A DNA stretch of 64,000 nucleotides from a virus. A program made the translations under genes and the position numbers. Shown in pieces: positions 9,604 through 20,249 of the stretch. Under the pieces are notes generated by a model that was not told the origin of the DNA, did no database searches, and saw only the letters and a program-made list of their open reading frames with translations. The stretch is taken from IMG/VR virus record IMGVR_UViG_3300020182_002648, positions 1 to 64,000 of that record; one strand, written 5' to 3'. Position 1 is the first letter of the stretch; each line of letters starts with the position of its first letter.

Positions 9604-11385
9604 ATGTCAGAACATGTAACACAAACGAGTAGCTTCAATCAATCACTATTAACAGCGATGGATGATAGGGGTATAGTACAAGACCGTCTCCCCGGGGATA
9701 AACTATTATTACCTAACGATATGTACGAAATTAAAGTATCAGTGAATGATTTTGTTACGGCAGAGACCATTAATTATAGTCTTTCTAAGCTATATGATAA
9801 CTGGTTATATTTAATATCAAAATCCATAATACCTAGTAACAATATACCTAATAATGACTACTACACAAAAATAGCTATCGATACTCCTGGAAGTGGATTG
9901 AGATGGACGTCAAAGACTAATTTTCCTAGCTTATCGACAGTATCTAGCAATAATTCCCTGAATGGTATCAAGAATTTTACTAAAGTCATCAACACAGCAG
10001 ATCCTAACAATTATAATATTATCGCGACAACAAATACTAACGTTATACTCCTGAGCGGTAGCAACTCACCGATCGATGATTCTAATATAGATATCATTGT
10101 TAATGAGTTCAACGGATCGTTATCCGATAGTAGTATAACACACCCATCTAATAATATAAATTTTAAGAGTATAATCGACCACACTCTCAATAAATCAAAC
10201 GATCTATTCATACTAGACAACGAAATCAACTCATTATTCAAGTTTGATATTAGTGGTATATTGACTCTTGATACCGCCATCTTAAACAATGATACCCCCG
10301 GGCGATTGATGACAGGGTTAATAGGTGGCCCTGGTGATATATCTGATCGAACTAAATTCAATGATCCTGTATCGGTAGTAAGTGTAGATAATGCAGTTTA
10401 TGTTTTAGATTACTCTAATACTGGCGTGATGGTTAAGATGTATGACTCAGAGTTGAACTGGAAGGAATCGTTTAGCTTAGGTCAGTATGTATCTTCTGGG
10501 CCGATTGATATCGCATATAATCATCAAGTTGATATGTTCTGTATATTATGTCATGAAAGTACATTCAACTCAACAACCGAGCCAACTGTGCCTAGGTTAA
10601 TGATTTTCGATAAAACATTCAACTATATAAGTACAAATGACTTAATGGATGAGTCTAGACACAGCGTTGACATTAAATTAGAAACGTACAAGAAGATCAA
10701 TTTCAGTGTAGAAAACCCAAACATCATGTACATATTAACATCAACCAATATATACAAGAAATATTTATCCAGTCCAGAGATGTTTATAGGTAACTTCTTA
10801 CTAGATGAGAAGCCCATAGGACCTGGTTCTAATGCCGGTCAAGTTTTTGAAGATATAACAATACTACCAACAGTAATAACACATGGAGATGAATCTATTA
10901 TTAAGGATGATATTATAATATATGAATCAACCTTTGAGGTCATACATAAATTTCTAGAAGATAGTAATTATCAACAAAGCCTAGAGACTAAGTTTGATGA
11001 TAAAGTTTTGGGAAAAGAGAGCTTGATGATTAACCCTGATGAAAATGTAAATACATTTGTATACAACAAGACCCTATCAAAACATCTATACAATAATATT
11101 ATACTACTTGAGAATACATCAAGAAAATTTGCTACAACATATGACGTTGCCGGTATATCACAGTATATAGGATTTAAATATCTGACTAAAACAGAATTAT
11201 CGTCTCTAGAGTATCGCCCGGGCATGGATAACTTTATAGGTATTAATGAGATTGTAACAACACATACTGTTAATAGATGCTTAGAGCAGATATACAACCT
11301 ACAGAAAGTCATACTGAATAATTGGCAAGAAAAACCTACAAATGTGTTCCCTTTAATCAACACACCAGTACACATAACAATATAA
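9604..11385 (+). CDS. Virion protein with NHL/beta-propeller repeats
   Basis: NHL-like blades 'KFNDPVSVVSVDNAVYVLDYSN..VKMYD' and 'LFILDNEINSLFKFD'. Confidence 0.6.
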   Translation: MSEHVTQTSSFNQSLLTAMDDRGIVQDRLPGDKLLLPNDMYEIKVSVNDFVTAETINYSLSKLYDNWLYLISKSIIPSNNIPNNDYYTKIAIDTPGSGLRWTSKTNFPSLSTVSSNNSLNGIKNFTKVINTADPNNYNIIATTNTNVILLSGSNSPIDDSNIDIIVNEFNGSLSDSSITHPSNNINFKSIIDHTLNKSNDLFILDNEINSLFKFDISGILTLDTAILNNDTPGRLMTGLIGGPGDISDRTKFNDPVSVVSVDNAVYVLDYSNTGVMVKMYDSELNWKESFSLGQYVSSGPIDIAYNHQVDMFCILCHESTFNSTTEPTVPRLMIFDKTFNYISTNDLMDESRHSVDIKLETYKKINFSVENPNIMYILTSTNIYKKYLSSPEMFIGNFLLDEKPIGPGSNAGQVFEDITILPTVITHGDESIIKDDIIIYESTFEVIHKFLEDSNYQQSLETKFDDKVLGKESLMINPDENVNTFVYNKTLSKHLYNNIILLENTSRKFATTYDVAGISQYIGFKYLTKTELSSLEYRPGMDNFIGINEIVTTHTVNRCLEQIYNLQKVILNNWQEKPTNVFPLINTPVHITI

Positions 11386-11492
11386 CAGTATACTGAATAT
11401 ATATCTATAACAACCAACAATATAGATATATACGTGCCACCTTCTCGTGAAATAGGAGTATAATTATACCGTTGCTCTAATAAATAATTACA

Positions 11493-14400
11493 ATGGCCGG
11501 TAACAGAAAATTTCACAATAAATTCCACTCTGCGAATCATCACACGCTTCCTAGTCCTCATATAATAGATAGCGGGTTAGATCCTATTGCTAGTCATGAC
11601 TTTCCTTTCATTGGAGACTTCGTCCTTAATGGTACAGTTAGCTCTAGTAATAACTACGCTCTTAATAACGGTGGTATTAGAGCAGTAACACTCGACTCAG
11701 TCACTCACGGTTTATCTGCACCGGCAGGTTGGAATGTATTTAGAGATAGTACATACATTGATGGTGATGTCACAATCACGGGTAATCTCAGCGCATTAGG
11801 GCAGTTGACATATTTAAATACTCAGGTTCACGTTACTAGCGCGACTGAGATTGAAGTACAAGCTGATAATAGCAACGGTAAGACAGTAGGACTACTCGTA
11901 GATCAACACGGTAGTAATGACGTTGTACATATCAAAAATGACGGTCAATCGACATTACTGATAACCGGGTCAGCTGCTAATGATGAAGAGCGTGGAGGTT
12001 GGTTAGGTATTAATCTTGCTTCTCTATCTGCTCGTGATATAACACGACCTAATCAAAGAATGACTATAGTCGGTAGTGTATCTGTAGTGCCTGATCCAAT
12101 AGAAGTAGCAGATCAACTAAGTCAAAAGGACCCGGGAACAACTGGCTCACTCTATATAGAAGGTGGACTACATGTTAATGATGCTACATATCTCGATCAA
12201 GTCACGATAGATACGACTGACGGTAAGTTTCTAGTTAGTGGTAATAATAATGACGGTAGTGCTAATATATTTGAAGTAGAAGTACCGACACATTTAGATA
12301 GAACCCATATTGATACAAGTGACGGTGTATTTACGGTCAGTGGTAGCACATCAATGGATGTTGACGTACCGAGTGATTTTTCAGGTCATGCAGATTTAGA
12401 TTCAGTTCATATTGATGTAACAAAAGGAAACTTTGTGGTTAGCGGAAGCAACAACAAAATGTACATCAACACAGCAGGTGGATTAGATGTAAATACATAC
12501 ACTCAACTTGACAAGACGGAGATCAATACAAGTGACGGTAACTTTAATGTTATTGGTCCGAATACGATAACTTTTAATAACTCTGGAGGTCTAGATGTAC
12601 AGCATCACACTAGATTAGATCAAGTAACTATTGATACTACTGATGGTGTATTGTTAGTTAGTGGAACCGGTACACCAGGGCAGGAAAACAAAGTTGATAT
12701 TGATGTACCTATCGAACTCGACCGGACAACAATTGATACGTCTGATGGTGATCTTATTATTACTGGATCAGAAACAGTTTTAATTGACGCAACATCAGGT
12801 GTTTACATTGATTCACATACAAGATTAGACCAAGTAACGATTGACACGACTGATGGTAAGTTGTTAGTTAGTGGTATAGGGGTGCCAGGATTTGAGAATC
12901 CAGTCGATATTGATGTACCTGTCCATATGGATAGAGTAACAATTGACACGACAGATGGTAAGTTGTTAGTTACCGGAAACGGGATTGCTGGATTTGAAAA
13001 CATAGTAGATATTGATGTACCTATTGAACTTGATAGGACTAACATAGACACCACAGATGGTGACTTAACTATCACTGGTGACAATGCTGTTATAATCGAC
13101 TCACTCTCCGGAGTAGATATCGATACTCATACTAGAGTAGATCAACTCACAGTCGATACATCTGATGGTGAGATGTTAATTGAAGGTAGTAATATACTAG
13201 ATGTTGATGTAGATGCCTCTTTCCTTGATAATACTATCTCGGCTAGAAATGTAATAATAGACACCCTACCTGGTACTGGAAATTTATTGATCCGTGGAGG
13301 TGGTAGAGTTGATGTTAATACTGAAACATATTTTGATAATCCAGTTGAGCTAGACAGGGTAACTATTGACACGACTGACGGTGAGTTTATAATAACGAAC
13401 CCTTCTACAGGATTCTTTAATAGAAATAAGATGAGAGTAGAGGTACCACTGCTAGTGGAATCACTAACAGCTACTTCAGATTTATCACCTATATTAATAA
13501 CTGGTAGCAACAATACGATATTCGATACAGAGGTGATTTTTAATCAACCAGTAACAATTAATAATCTTCTAGATATTCCAGGTGATATAACTGCTGGTAA
13601 TATATCAATTTCCGGTACAGCGCTTCTGAGCCGCACCGAGATTGATACCAGTACAGGTACATTTGTAGTTACAGGTAGCAACTCGACCTCAATTAGAACA
13701 GATGCTGAATTCACACAGAATGTCCATATATTAGGAGATTTAAGAGTTGATGGTAATGCATATTTGAGTGCCGGTAGTGGTGGTAATATTAATATCGGTG
13801 ATTCAGATAACGATAATATAATCTTTCATGCTGATGTTAACAGTAATGTACTACCCAACATAACTGATACGTACTCTCTAGGATCAACTAGTAAGAGATG
13901 GATGAGTGTTCATAGTTTATCCTGTTTGGTAGATTACTTAGCTGTTACACAGAACTTCGCATTAGAGGGTGACTTAGATGTAAACGGTACTACGACTTTA
14001 GATGAAGTAGTGATCGATACGACTGATGGAGAGTTTGTTGTAAGCGGATATAATAGATCACATATACACACCAACTTATCAACATACGATGGTATTTCTG
14101 CTTCTGGTGGACCGTGGAGGTTTGGTGACTTTGATGAGATAAAATACGCATCACCTGGTTATGTAAATTATGAAGGTATAGACAACTGGGATACAGGCGC
14201 TGTATTAAACCATCCATTTAGAGTAGATACACGCTCACTTTTTCAACAAGGATTAACAGCGTTCGGACCGGTACAAGTCGGAGAGCTTCCAGCTGGTGTC
14301 ACAGATGAACTAACAGAACCTACATTTGAGGTACTAGGAAACATGCACCTAAGAGGTGGTAATCTGAAAATCACTAGTGATATCAGACATTTAGAGGACG

Positions 14401-17400
14401 AGGATACGTTAATTAGATTCTCACCGGATAAGATAGAACTTCGAGCCGGTGATGCACCTTTGTTAACTTTGGAGGAGAAGCCTGACTCTGTAGGAAACAA
14501 TGCAGTACATATTGGTGCCACTGACCAGCCAGCGGACTTAACATTATATAAAGATTTAAGCGGCGAACAACCTGGTATTTTATATGACAGTACTGATGGT
14601 AGTGTTGAGATACACGGAAATGTTGGCATATTTGGAGCTAATGAATCATCGGAAATTATCGGGGATGGAATTGATGTTCACGGTAGCGTTAGGGTAACAG
14701 AGACGTTATCAGCAAGGAATTTAATAGTTGATTATATAACTGTACAGGAAAGTTCATATGGTAATATAGGTGGTCAAATAGGTGGTGCAGCAGAAATGAG
14801 CACATTGTCTGGTACTGCAGTATTTGGACATGTGACAACAGAGTGGGTGAATGGAGAAACACAGTCCTTTACTGGTACTGACATTGGTATCGAATTTGAT
14901 CTCGAGAACGATGACCAAGGAGACATACAAAAATTATACTCATTCACATTTGAAGCAGTGTCGGCAGACGAGTTGAGAGGTGTTAAGGTAGGTGACACTC
15001 AATCAACAACATATCAATTTGTAGCCAAATGGGATCAATATTACACTCAAGCCTTTGTAAATGAGGTCGAGTATGGTATAATTCATACATCTGAACAGCC
15101 CTTTGTAGACGTCAAGTCTGTGGTATTATCCGCTCACGACGTACCAACAAACGAGAGAATTGTTAAGATAGTACTACAACCATCTGCTGACATTAAGTTT
15201 TGGGCTCATAATATATTAGTTCAAGATAAACCGCAGAGATTAGATACAGTAACTACAGCTGATTTTGACGTCAATGGAGGTTTGACTATTAACGGTCATA
15301 CTTCTGCGGATGGTGACATCGTAGCTACTGGTGATGTGTATGTGAGTGGTGGATCTATTTTTGATAAAGATGTACACATAAGAGGTGATTTAAGAGTAGA
15401 TGGTAATGCATATCTTAGTGCTGGGGCTAGTGGTATAATCAATGTAGGTGATAACGCTAATGACGGTGTAGTATTCAATGCAGATATTCACAGCTCATTC
15501 ATTCCAGACGAGCATCAATTACATGATCTCGGAACAACCGGTGCAGAGTGGAAGAAGTTACATGTCAAGGATATATCAGCATCAAATAGCATTAATTGGA
15601 ATGGTGGTAACTCTTTACAATCAAATAGTGTTTATTCGAGTGTTTGTGCTACTAGTGCGGAATGGGATTCAGTTTACTCGAGTGTGCGTACTACAAGTGC
15701 TAACTGGGACAACGTTTACACAGATGTTTCTGAAACGAGTGCTAACTGGGACAGTGTTTACACAGACGTTTCTGAAACGAGTGCGGAATGGGATTCAGTT
15801 TACTCGAGTGTATGTGCTACGAGCAGTGAATGGGATTCAGTTTACTCGAGCGTTTGTGCTACGAGCAGTGAATGGGATTCAGTTTACTCAAGCGTTCTAT
15901 CAACGAGCGCTGAATGGGATAGCGTTTATACAGATGTTTCTGAAACGAGTGCGGAATGGGATAGCGTTTATACAGACGTATCCAATACTAGCGCTGAGTG
16001 GGATAGTGTTTATACAGACGTATCTGAAACAAGCGGAGATTGGAATAGCGTTTATACAGACGTATCTAATACTAGTGCTGAATGGAATTCAGTTTATTCA
16101 AGCGTTTGTGCCACAAGTAGTGAGTGGGATAGCGTTTATACAGATGTTTCTGAAACGAGTGCGGAATGGGATAGCGTTTATACAGACGTATCCAATACTA
16201 GCGCTGAATGGGATGGGGCGTATAGTTTCGTTAGTAGTGACAGTGCTACCAACAATACCGATTACAATCAAACACACTTTGTTAACGCTAGTGGTGACAC
16301 GATTGTAGGAAGCTTATATATTACTGGAGACCTTAGAGTTGATGGCAATACATATCTAAGTGGTGGTACTGGTGGTGTTATTAATGTGGGAGACGACGCA
16401 GCTGATATCGTATCATTTAATGCGGATATCGGATCAAGTTTAACACCTGATATGCATGGTACATTCGATCTCGGATCAGCAACACAAGCCTGGAGAGACA
16501 TACACACAACTGGGGATATAGTGTGGAACGGTGGTAGTTCGATCAATAGCAATAGTGTATATAGCTTTATCAATACAACCAGTGGAGACGAGGGGTATGC
16601 AACGTTATCTGCGTATAAGGATAATAGATATGTATTGAGACATGATCAGGTACCTGATTTAGCTATCACGAATGTATATCGTGTTTCTAATAGCTCGTTA
16701 GTAGGTACTCTGCAATCCAATATACATCGTGGAGATATTGTACTGGTTAACGACACCGAGGATAATATAATAGCAATCGCGGATCATCCTACAGGAGATT
16801 ATAACTCTGATACTCATGAATATTTCGGGTATGAGAAGCTTTTTGCTCCAGGTAATATGGTTAGGTTTATCAATGGTAAGCAAGGACCTAGTGTAACGTT
16901 CACAACAGATGATTTTGATTTCTCTGCATCAACGAATAAGTTCGTGTTGCAGAGTGATATAGATACATGGAACAGTAACTATAATAGCGTAAATACAACG
17001 AGTGCTGAGTGGGATAGTGTTTATTCGAGTGTTGAGGCAGCAAGTGCTGGTTGGAACAACACACAATCCACTGTAGAACAATTGAGCGCAGCTTGGGAAG
17101 AGAGTGCTGACATTCAATTAGTAGCAGATGATGTTGCTGTGATGGGATCAGTGAGCGGAGATTGGAACCTAATACAATCCACTGTAGAACAATTAAGTGC
17201 TGAGTGGGAAGAGAGTGCTGACATTCAATTAGTAGCAGATGATGTTGCTGTGATGGGATCAGTGAGCGGTGATTGGAATAGTGTTTATACAGACGTATCT
17301 GAAACAAGCGGTGATTGGAATTCGGTTTATACAGACGTATCTGAAACAAGCGGAGATTGGAATAGTGTTTATACAGACGTATCTGAAACAAGCGGTGATT

Positions 17401-20237
17401 GGAATTCGGTTTATACTGACGTATCTGAAACAAGCGGTGATTGGGACAGTGTCCATTCAAGTGTATTATCTACAAGCGGAGACTGGAATTCAGTTTATAC
17501 TGACGTATCTGAGACAAGCGGTGAGTGGAATTCAGTTTATTCGAGCGTCCTAACCACAAGTGGAGATTGGAACTCAGTACATGCAAGCGTTCTAGCTACA
17601 AGTGGAGATTGGAACTCAGTACATGCAAGTGTTTTGACGACAAGTGCTAATTGGGATAGTGTCCATGCAAGTGTTTTATCTACGAGTGCTAATTGGAATT
17701 CAGTTTACACAGACGTTTCTGAAACAAGCGGAGATTGGAATAGTGTTTATACAGACGTATCTGAAACAAGCGGTGATTGGGATTCAGTTTACTCAAGTGT
17801 ACTTACGACAAGCGCTGATTGGAATTCAGTATACACAGACGTTTCTGAAACTAGCGCGGAATGGAATTCAGTATACACAGACGTTTCCGAGACGAGCGGA
17901 GATTGGAATTCAGTATACACAGACGTTTCCGAGACGAGCGGAGATTGGAATTCAGTATACACAGACGTTTCCGAGACAAGCGGAGATTGGAATAGTGTTT
18001 ACACAGACGTTTCTGAAACTAGCGCGGAATGGAATTCGGTATACACAGACGTTTCTGAGACAAGTGGTGAGTGGGATTCAGTTTACTCGAGCGTTTGTGC
18101 TACTAGTGCTGAATGGGATAGTGTTTACAGTTATATTAATGTGGCTAGTGGTGATTACGGTATAGCGACTTTAGGATCTGATGGTAAGTTAGATGAAGCC
18201 TTGGTACCTAATCTTAGTATATCGGATGTATATGTAGTGACGTATGCATCTCAGGTTGAAGCTTTATGTAATGGGTCACTACAAGGTGATGTTAATATCG
18301 AGCGAGGAGATGTTATTATAGTAACAACTGATGAACACAGTCTAATATCACTTGTTGATAATCCAGGAGGTGTATATAATACAGGCTTCGATACATTCAC
18401 AGGCTTTACAAAACTAGCAACAGCTACTGATTTTATAAAGACCATTAATGGTAAGCAGGGTTATAACGTAACTCTTAATCCAGACGATCTTGATGATTAT
18501 CAAACCGCACATAAATTCACCACTCAAGAGCAGAAGGATAATTGGGATAGTACTTACAATAGTGTTTGTGCTACAAGTGCTGAATGGGATAGCGTTTATA
18601 CAGACGTATCTGAAACTAGTGCTGAGTGGGATGGTGCATATAGCTTTACAAGTAGTGATAGTGCTACTAACAATACAGACTACAATCAAACACACTTTGT
18701 TAATGCTAGTGGTGACACGATCACTGGACTTCTTTCAGTAACTGGGTTAACAGATGTCAGAACATTAAGTGCTATTGATATTGGTGTGAGTGATAGTGTG
18801 AGTGTTTCTGGTAACGTACATATCCTGGGAGACTTGACAGTTGATGGTAACGCTTATTTGAGTGCAGGAGCGAGTGGTAGTATCAATGTAGGAGATTCAG
18901 CTGATGATAATGTAATATTTAATGCTGATATCAGTAGTGATTTACTTCCAGACATAACCAACACATACAACCTAGGATCTACATTACAGGAATGGAGTAC
19001 TATTCATGTAGTATCTGCTTATGTGTTAGAACAAGAAATATATAATTTAAATGTAACAGGCACGACTAATCTATCTGGTAAATCGGATCAAGGGCCAGGT
19101 GTAATAATAACAGGTAATCCGACTGGGATATTTGATGAAAACGAACCGGGGTTTTTATATCGTAATGGAGATTATATGCTACCAGATGTTGATATCACTG
19201 GTGATGTAGTATTACATGGCAGTCTATCAGCTGACAATGCACATATATACTCATTAACGGCGAGTAACTTCATGGCAGAGTATCAGCGATTGGTAATCAA
19301 TGATGGAGACTTAGAGCTTTGGAACGGTAATGTACGTCAACGTGGTGGAAATATATTAATCGAGAGTGATATAGGTCATATAGATGATGAGAATACATAC
19401 ATAAGATTTCAACAAGATCAAATAAAAATTGTTGCTCATGATTTGAACATGATTCAATTCAATGAATATCCTGTTGATGATGATATTATTATCATCGGTG
19501 ATAGTGCGGATGCTGTAGACGTCAGGATACAAAATCCAACAGATTTAAATACGTTATTTATCAACGGTGATAACGCATACATCGGTATAGGTACAGACAC
19601 GCCGGAATGTAAATTACATGTAATTGGTGGTATCAAGATTGAAGCAACCGACTACACTAAACCTGGACTTGATGTTTCCGAAACCGGTGCACTCTTATTA
19701 CCTGTAGGTGATACATACGCTCGGTATGATGCTCCTGGATCAATTAGATGGAACAGTGAACTAGAACGATATGAAGGTTGGTGGCAAGACAAAGATGACA
19801 CAGGTTACGGGTACTGGGTTAGCTTGAGTGATCTACAGGATGCGGATGGAGATTCTGGAGTATTAGTCAATCACGGTGGTGAAGACATAGACATGGTCAC
19901 AATATTCACTGCTGGTTGTACTGCGATGACCGTTTATCCTGATCAAACAGTCGCGTTCGCTGGTGATATACAGTTTGATAATATAACGGTTTATGATAGT
20001 GATAGTGTGACAGGTCCATTATCAGCCACTAGTGAATTCATATATCTAAAGGTTAACGGTAAGGACCGAGCTATTAGATTATGGGAAACACCTGCTGATA
20101 CTCGTGAAGATCTAGTAACACTACATGGTGAGAATATAACCGAATTAGGCGATGATTGTGGTCTTGGATTACTCGGAAATATACCAATGCAAACAATAAG
20201 TGCCCAAAACGTTCTAACTTCCCCACCAACACAATAA
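11493..20237 (+). CDS. Giant modular tail-fibre/virion fibre protein (2914 aa)
   Basis: N-terminal 'LDQVTIDTTDG' beta repeats; four 'GDLRVDGNAYLSAG..VGD...FNADI...YDLG...W' modules; long 14-aa Trp coiled-coil arrays; fibre-type 'IGIGTDTPECKLHVIG' and 'GSIRWNSELERYEG'; AATAAATA at 11479-11486. Confidence 0.85.
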   Translation: MAGNRKFHNKFHSANHHTLPSPHIIDSGLDPIASHDFPFIGDFVLNGTVSSSNNYALNNGGIRAVTLDSVTHGLSAPAGWNVFRDSTYIDGDVTITGNLSALGQLTYLNTQVHVTSATEIEVQADNSNGKTVGLLVDQHGSNDVVHIKNDGQSTLLITGSAANDEERGGWLGINLASLSARDITRPNQRMTIVGSVSVVPDPIEVADQLSQKDPGTTGSLYIEGGLHVNDATYLDQVTIDTTDGKFLVSGNNNDGSANIFEVEVPTHLDRTHIDTSDGVFTVSGSTSMDVDVPSDFSGHADLDSVHIDVTKGNFVVSGSNNKMYINTAGGLDVNTYTQLDKTEINTSDGNFNVIGPNTITFNNSGGLDVQHHTRLDQVTIDTTDGVLLVSGTGTPGQENKVDIDVPIELDRTTIDTSDGDLIITGSETVLIDATSGVYIDSHTRLDQVTIDTTDGKLLVSGIGVPGFENPVDIDVPVHMDRVTIDTTDGKLLVTGNGIAGFENIVDIDVPIELDRTNIDTTDGDLTITGDNAVIIDSLSGVDIDTHTRVDQLTVDTSDGEMLIEGSNILDVDVDASFLDNTISARNVIIDTLPGTGNLLIRGGGRVDVNTETYFDNPVELDRVTIDTTDGEFIITNPSTGFFNRNKMRVEVPLLVESLTATSDLSPILITGSNNTIFDTEVIFNQPVTINNLLDIPGDITAGNISISGTALLSRTEIDTSTGTFVVTGSNSTSIRTDAEFTQNVHILGDLRVDGNAYLSAGSGGNINIGDSDNDNIIFHADVNSNVLPNITDTYSLGSTSKRWMSVHSLSCLVDYLAVTQNFALEGDLDVNGTTTLDEVVIDTTDGEFVVSGYNRSHIHTNLSTYDGISASGGPWRFGDFDEIKYASPGYVNYEGIDNWDTGAVLNHPFRVDTRSLFQQGLTAFGPVQVGELPAGVTDELTEPTFEVLGNMHLRGGNLKITSDIRHLEDEDTLIRFSPDKIELRAGDAPLLTLEEKPDSVGNNAVHIGATDQPADLTLYKDLSGEQPGILYDSTDGSVEIHGNVGIFGANESSEIIGDGIDVHGSVRVTETLSARNLIVDYITVQESSYGNIGGQIGGAAEMSTLSGTAVFGHVTTEWVNGETQSFTGTDIGIEFDLENDDQGDIQKLYSFTFEAVSADELRGVKVGDTQSTTYQFVAKWDQYYTQAFVNEVEYGIIHTSEQPFVDVKSVVLSAHDVPTNERIVKIVLQPSADIKFWAHNILVQDKPQRLDTVTTADFDVNGGLTINGHTSADGDIVATGDVYVSGGSIFDKDVHIRGDLRVDGNAYLSAGASGIINVGDNANDGVVFNADIHSSFIPDEHQLHDLGTTGAEWKKLHVKDISASNSINWNGGNSLQSNSVYSSVCATSAEWDSVYSSVRTTSANWDNVYTDVSETSANWDSVYTDVSETSAEWDSVYSSVCATSSEWDSVYSSVCATSSEWDSVYSSVLSTSAEWDSVYTDVSETSAEWDSVYTDVSNTSAEWDSVYTDVSETSGDWNSVYTDVSNTSAEWNSVYSSVCATSSEWDSVYTDVSETSAEWDSVYTDVSNTSAEWDGAYSFVSSDSATNNTDYNQTHFVNASGDTIVGSLYITGDLRVDGNTYLSGGTGGVINVGDDAADIVSFNADIGSSLTPDMHGTFDLGSATQAWRDIHTTGDIVWNGGSSINSNSVYSFINTTSGDEGYATLSAYKDNRYVLRHDQVPDLAITNVYRVSNSSLVGTLQSNIHRGDIVLVNDTEDNIIAIADHPTGDYNSDTHEYFGYEKLFAPGNMVRFINGKQGPSVTFTTDDFDFSASTNKFVLQSDIDTWNSNYNSVNTTSAEWDSVYSSVEAASAGWNNTQSTVEQLSAAWEESADIQLVADDVAVMGSVSGDWNLIQSTVEQLSAEWEESADIQLVADDVAVMGSVSGDWNSVYTDVSETSGDWNSVYTDVSETSGDWNSVYTDVSETSGDWNSVYTDVSETSGDWDSVHSSVLSTSGDWNSVYTDVSETSGEWNSVYSSVLTTSGDWNSVHASVLATSGDWNSVHASVLTTSANWDSVHASVLSTSANWNSVYTDVSETSGDWNSVYTDVSETSGDWDSVYSSVLTTSADWNSVYTDVSETSAEWNSVYTDVSETSGDWNSVYTDVSETSGDWNSVYTDVSETSGDWNSVYTDVSETSAEWNSVYTDVSETSGEWDSVYSSVCATSAEWDSVYSYINVASGDYGIATLGSDGKLDEALVPNLSISDVYVVTYASQVEALCNGSLQGDVNIERGDVIIVTTDEHSLISLVDNPGGVYNTGFDTFTGFTKLATATDFIKTINGKQGYNVTLNPDDLDDYQTAHKFTTQEQKDNWDSTYNSVCATSAEWDSVYTDVSETSAEWDGAYSFTSSDSATNNTDYNQTHFVNASGDTITGLLSVTGLTDVRTLSAIDIGVSDSVSVSGNVHILGDLTVDGNAYLSAGASGSINVGDSADDNVIFNADISSDLLPDITNTYNLGSTLQEWSTIHVVSAYVLEQEIYNLNVTGTTNLSGKSDQGPGVIITGNPTGIFDENEPGFLYRNGDYMLPDVDITGDVVLHGSLSADNAHIYSLTASNFMAEYQRLVINDGDLELWNGNVRQRGGNILIESDIGHIDDENTYIRFQQDQIKIVAHDLNMIQFNEYPVDDDIIIIGDSADAVDVRIQNPTDLNTLFINGDNAYIGIGTDTPECKLHVIGGIKIEATDYTKPGLDVSETGALLLPVGDTYARYDAPGSIRWNSELERYEGWWQDKDDTGYGYWVSLSDLQDADGDSGVLVNHGGEDIDMVTIFTAGCTAMTVYPDQTVAFAGDIQFDNITVYDSDSVTGPLSATSEFIYLKVNGKDRAIRLWETPADTREDLVTLHGENITELGDDCGLGLLGNIPMQTISAQNVLTSPPTQ
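12190..13390 (+). repeat. Degenerate ~30-38-aa coding repeats 'D[QR]VTIDTTDG..LV[ST]G....VDIDVP'
   Basis: About 11 copies visible in the translation; boundaries approximate. Confidence 0.75.
15625..16230 (+). repeat. 42-bp (14-aa) coding tandem array, 14 units
   Basis: Trp codons from 15663 to 16209 at 42-nt spacing; unit S[AGS][END]W[DN]SVY[TS][DS]V...T. Confidence 0.95.
17064..17280 (+). repeat. Near-identical 111-bp (37-aa) tandem duplication
   Basis: QSTVEQLSA.WEESADIQLVADDVAVMGSVSGDWN starts at 17064 and again at 17175. Confidence 0.9.
17265..18135 (+). repeat. 42-bp (14-aa) coding tandem array, 21 units
   Basis: Trp codons from 17274 to 18114 at 42-nt spacing. Confidence 0.95.
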
Positions 20238-20249
20238 ATATATACACAT

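Noticed and set aside
10971-11561. Long antisense ORFs (10971..11561, 28389..28994, 44828..45385, 46106..46660, 59084..59524)
   Set aside because: They lie opposite well-supported genes and show no motifs or promoters.
15625-18135. CRISPR array suggested by regular short repeats
   Set aside because: Units are contiguous 42-nt in-frame coding repeats with synonymous variation, with no unique spacers and no cas genes.
15478-18741. Alternative-frame ORFs (15478..16308, 16900..17460, 17269..17553, 17644..18165; also 45796..46143 and 47035..47490)
   Set aside because: Stop-free shadows of the tandem repeats inside the real fibre genes.
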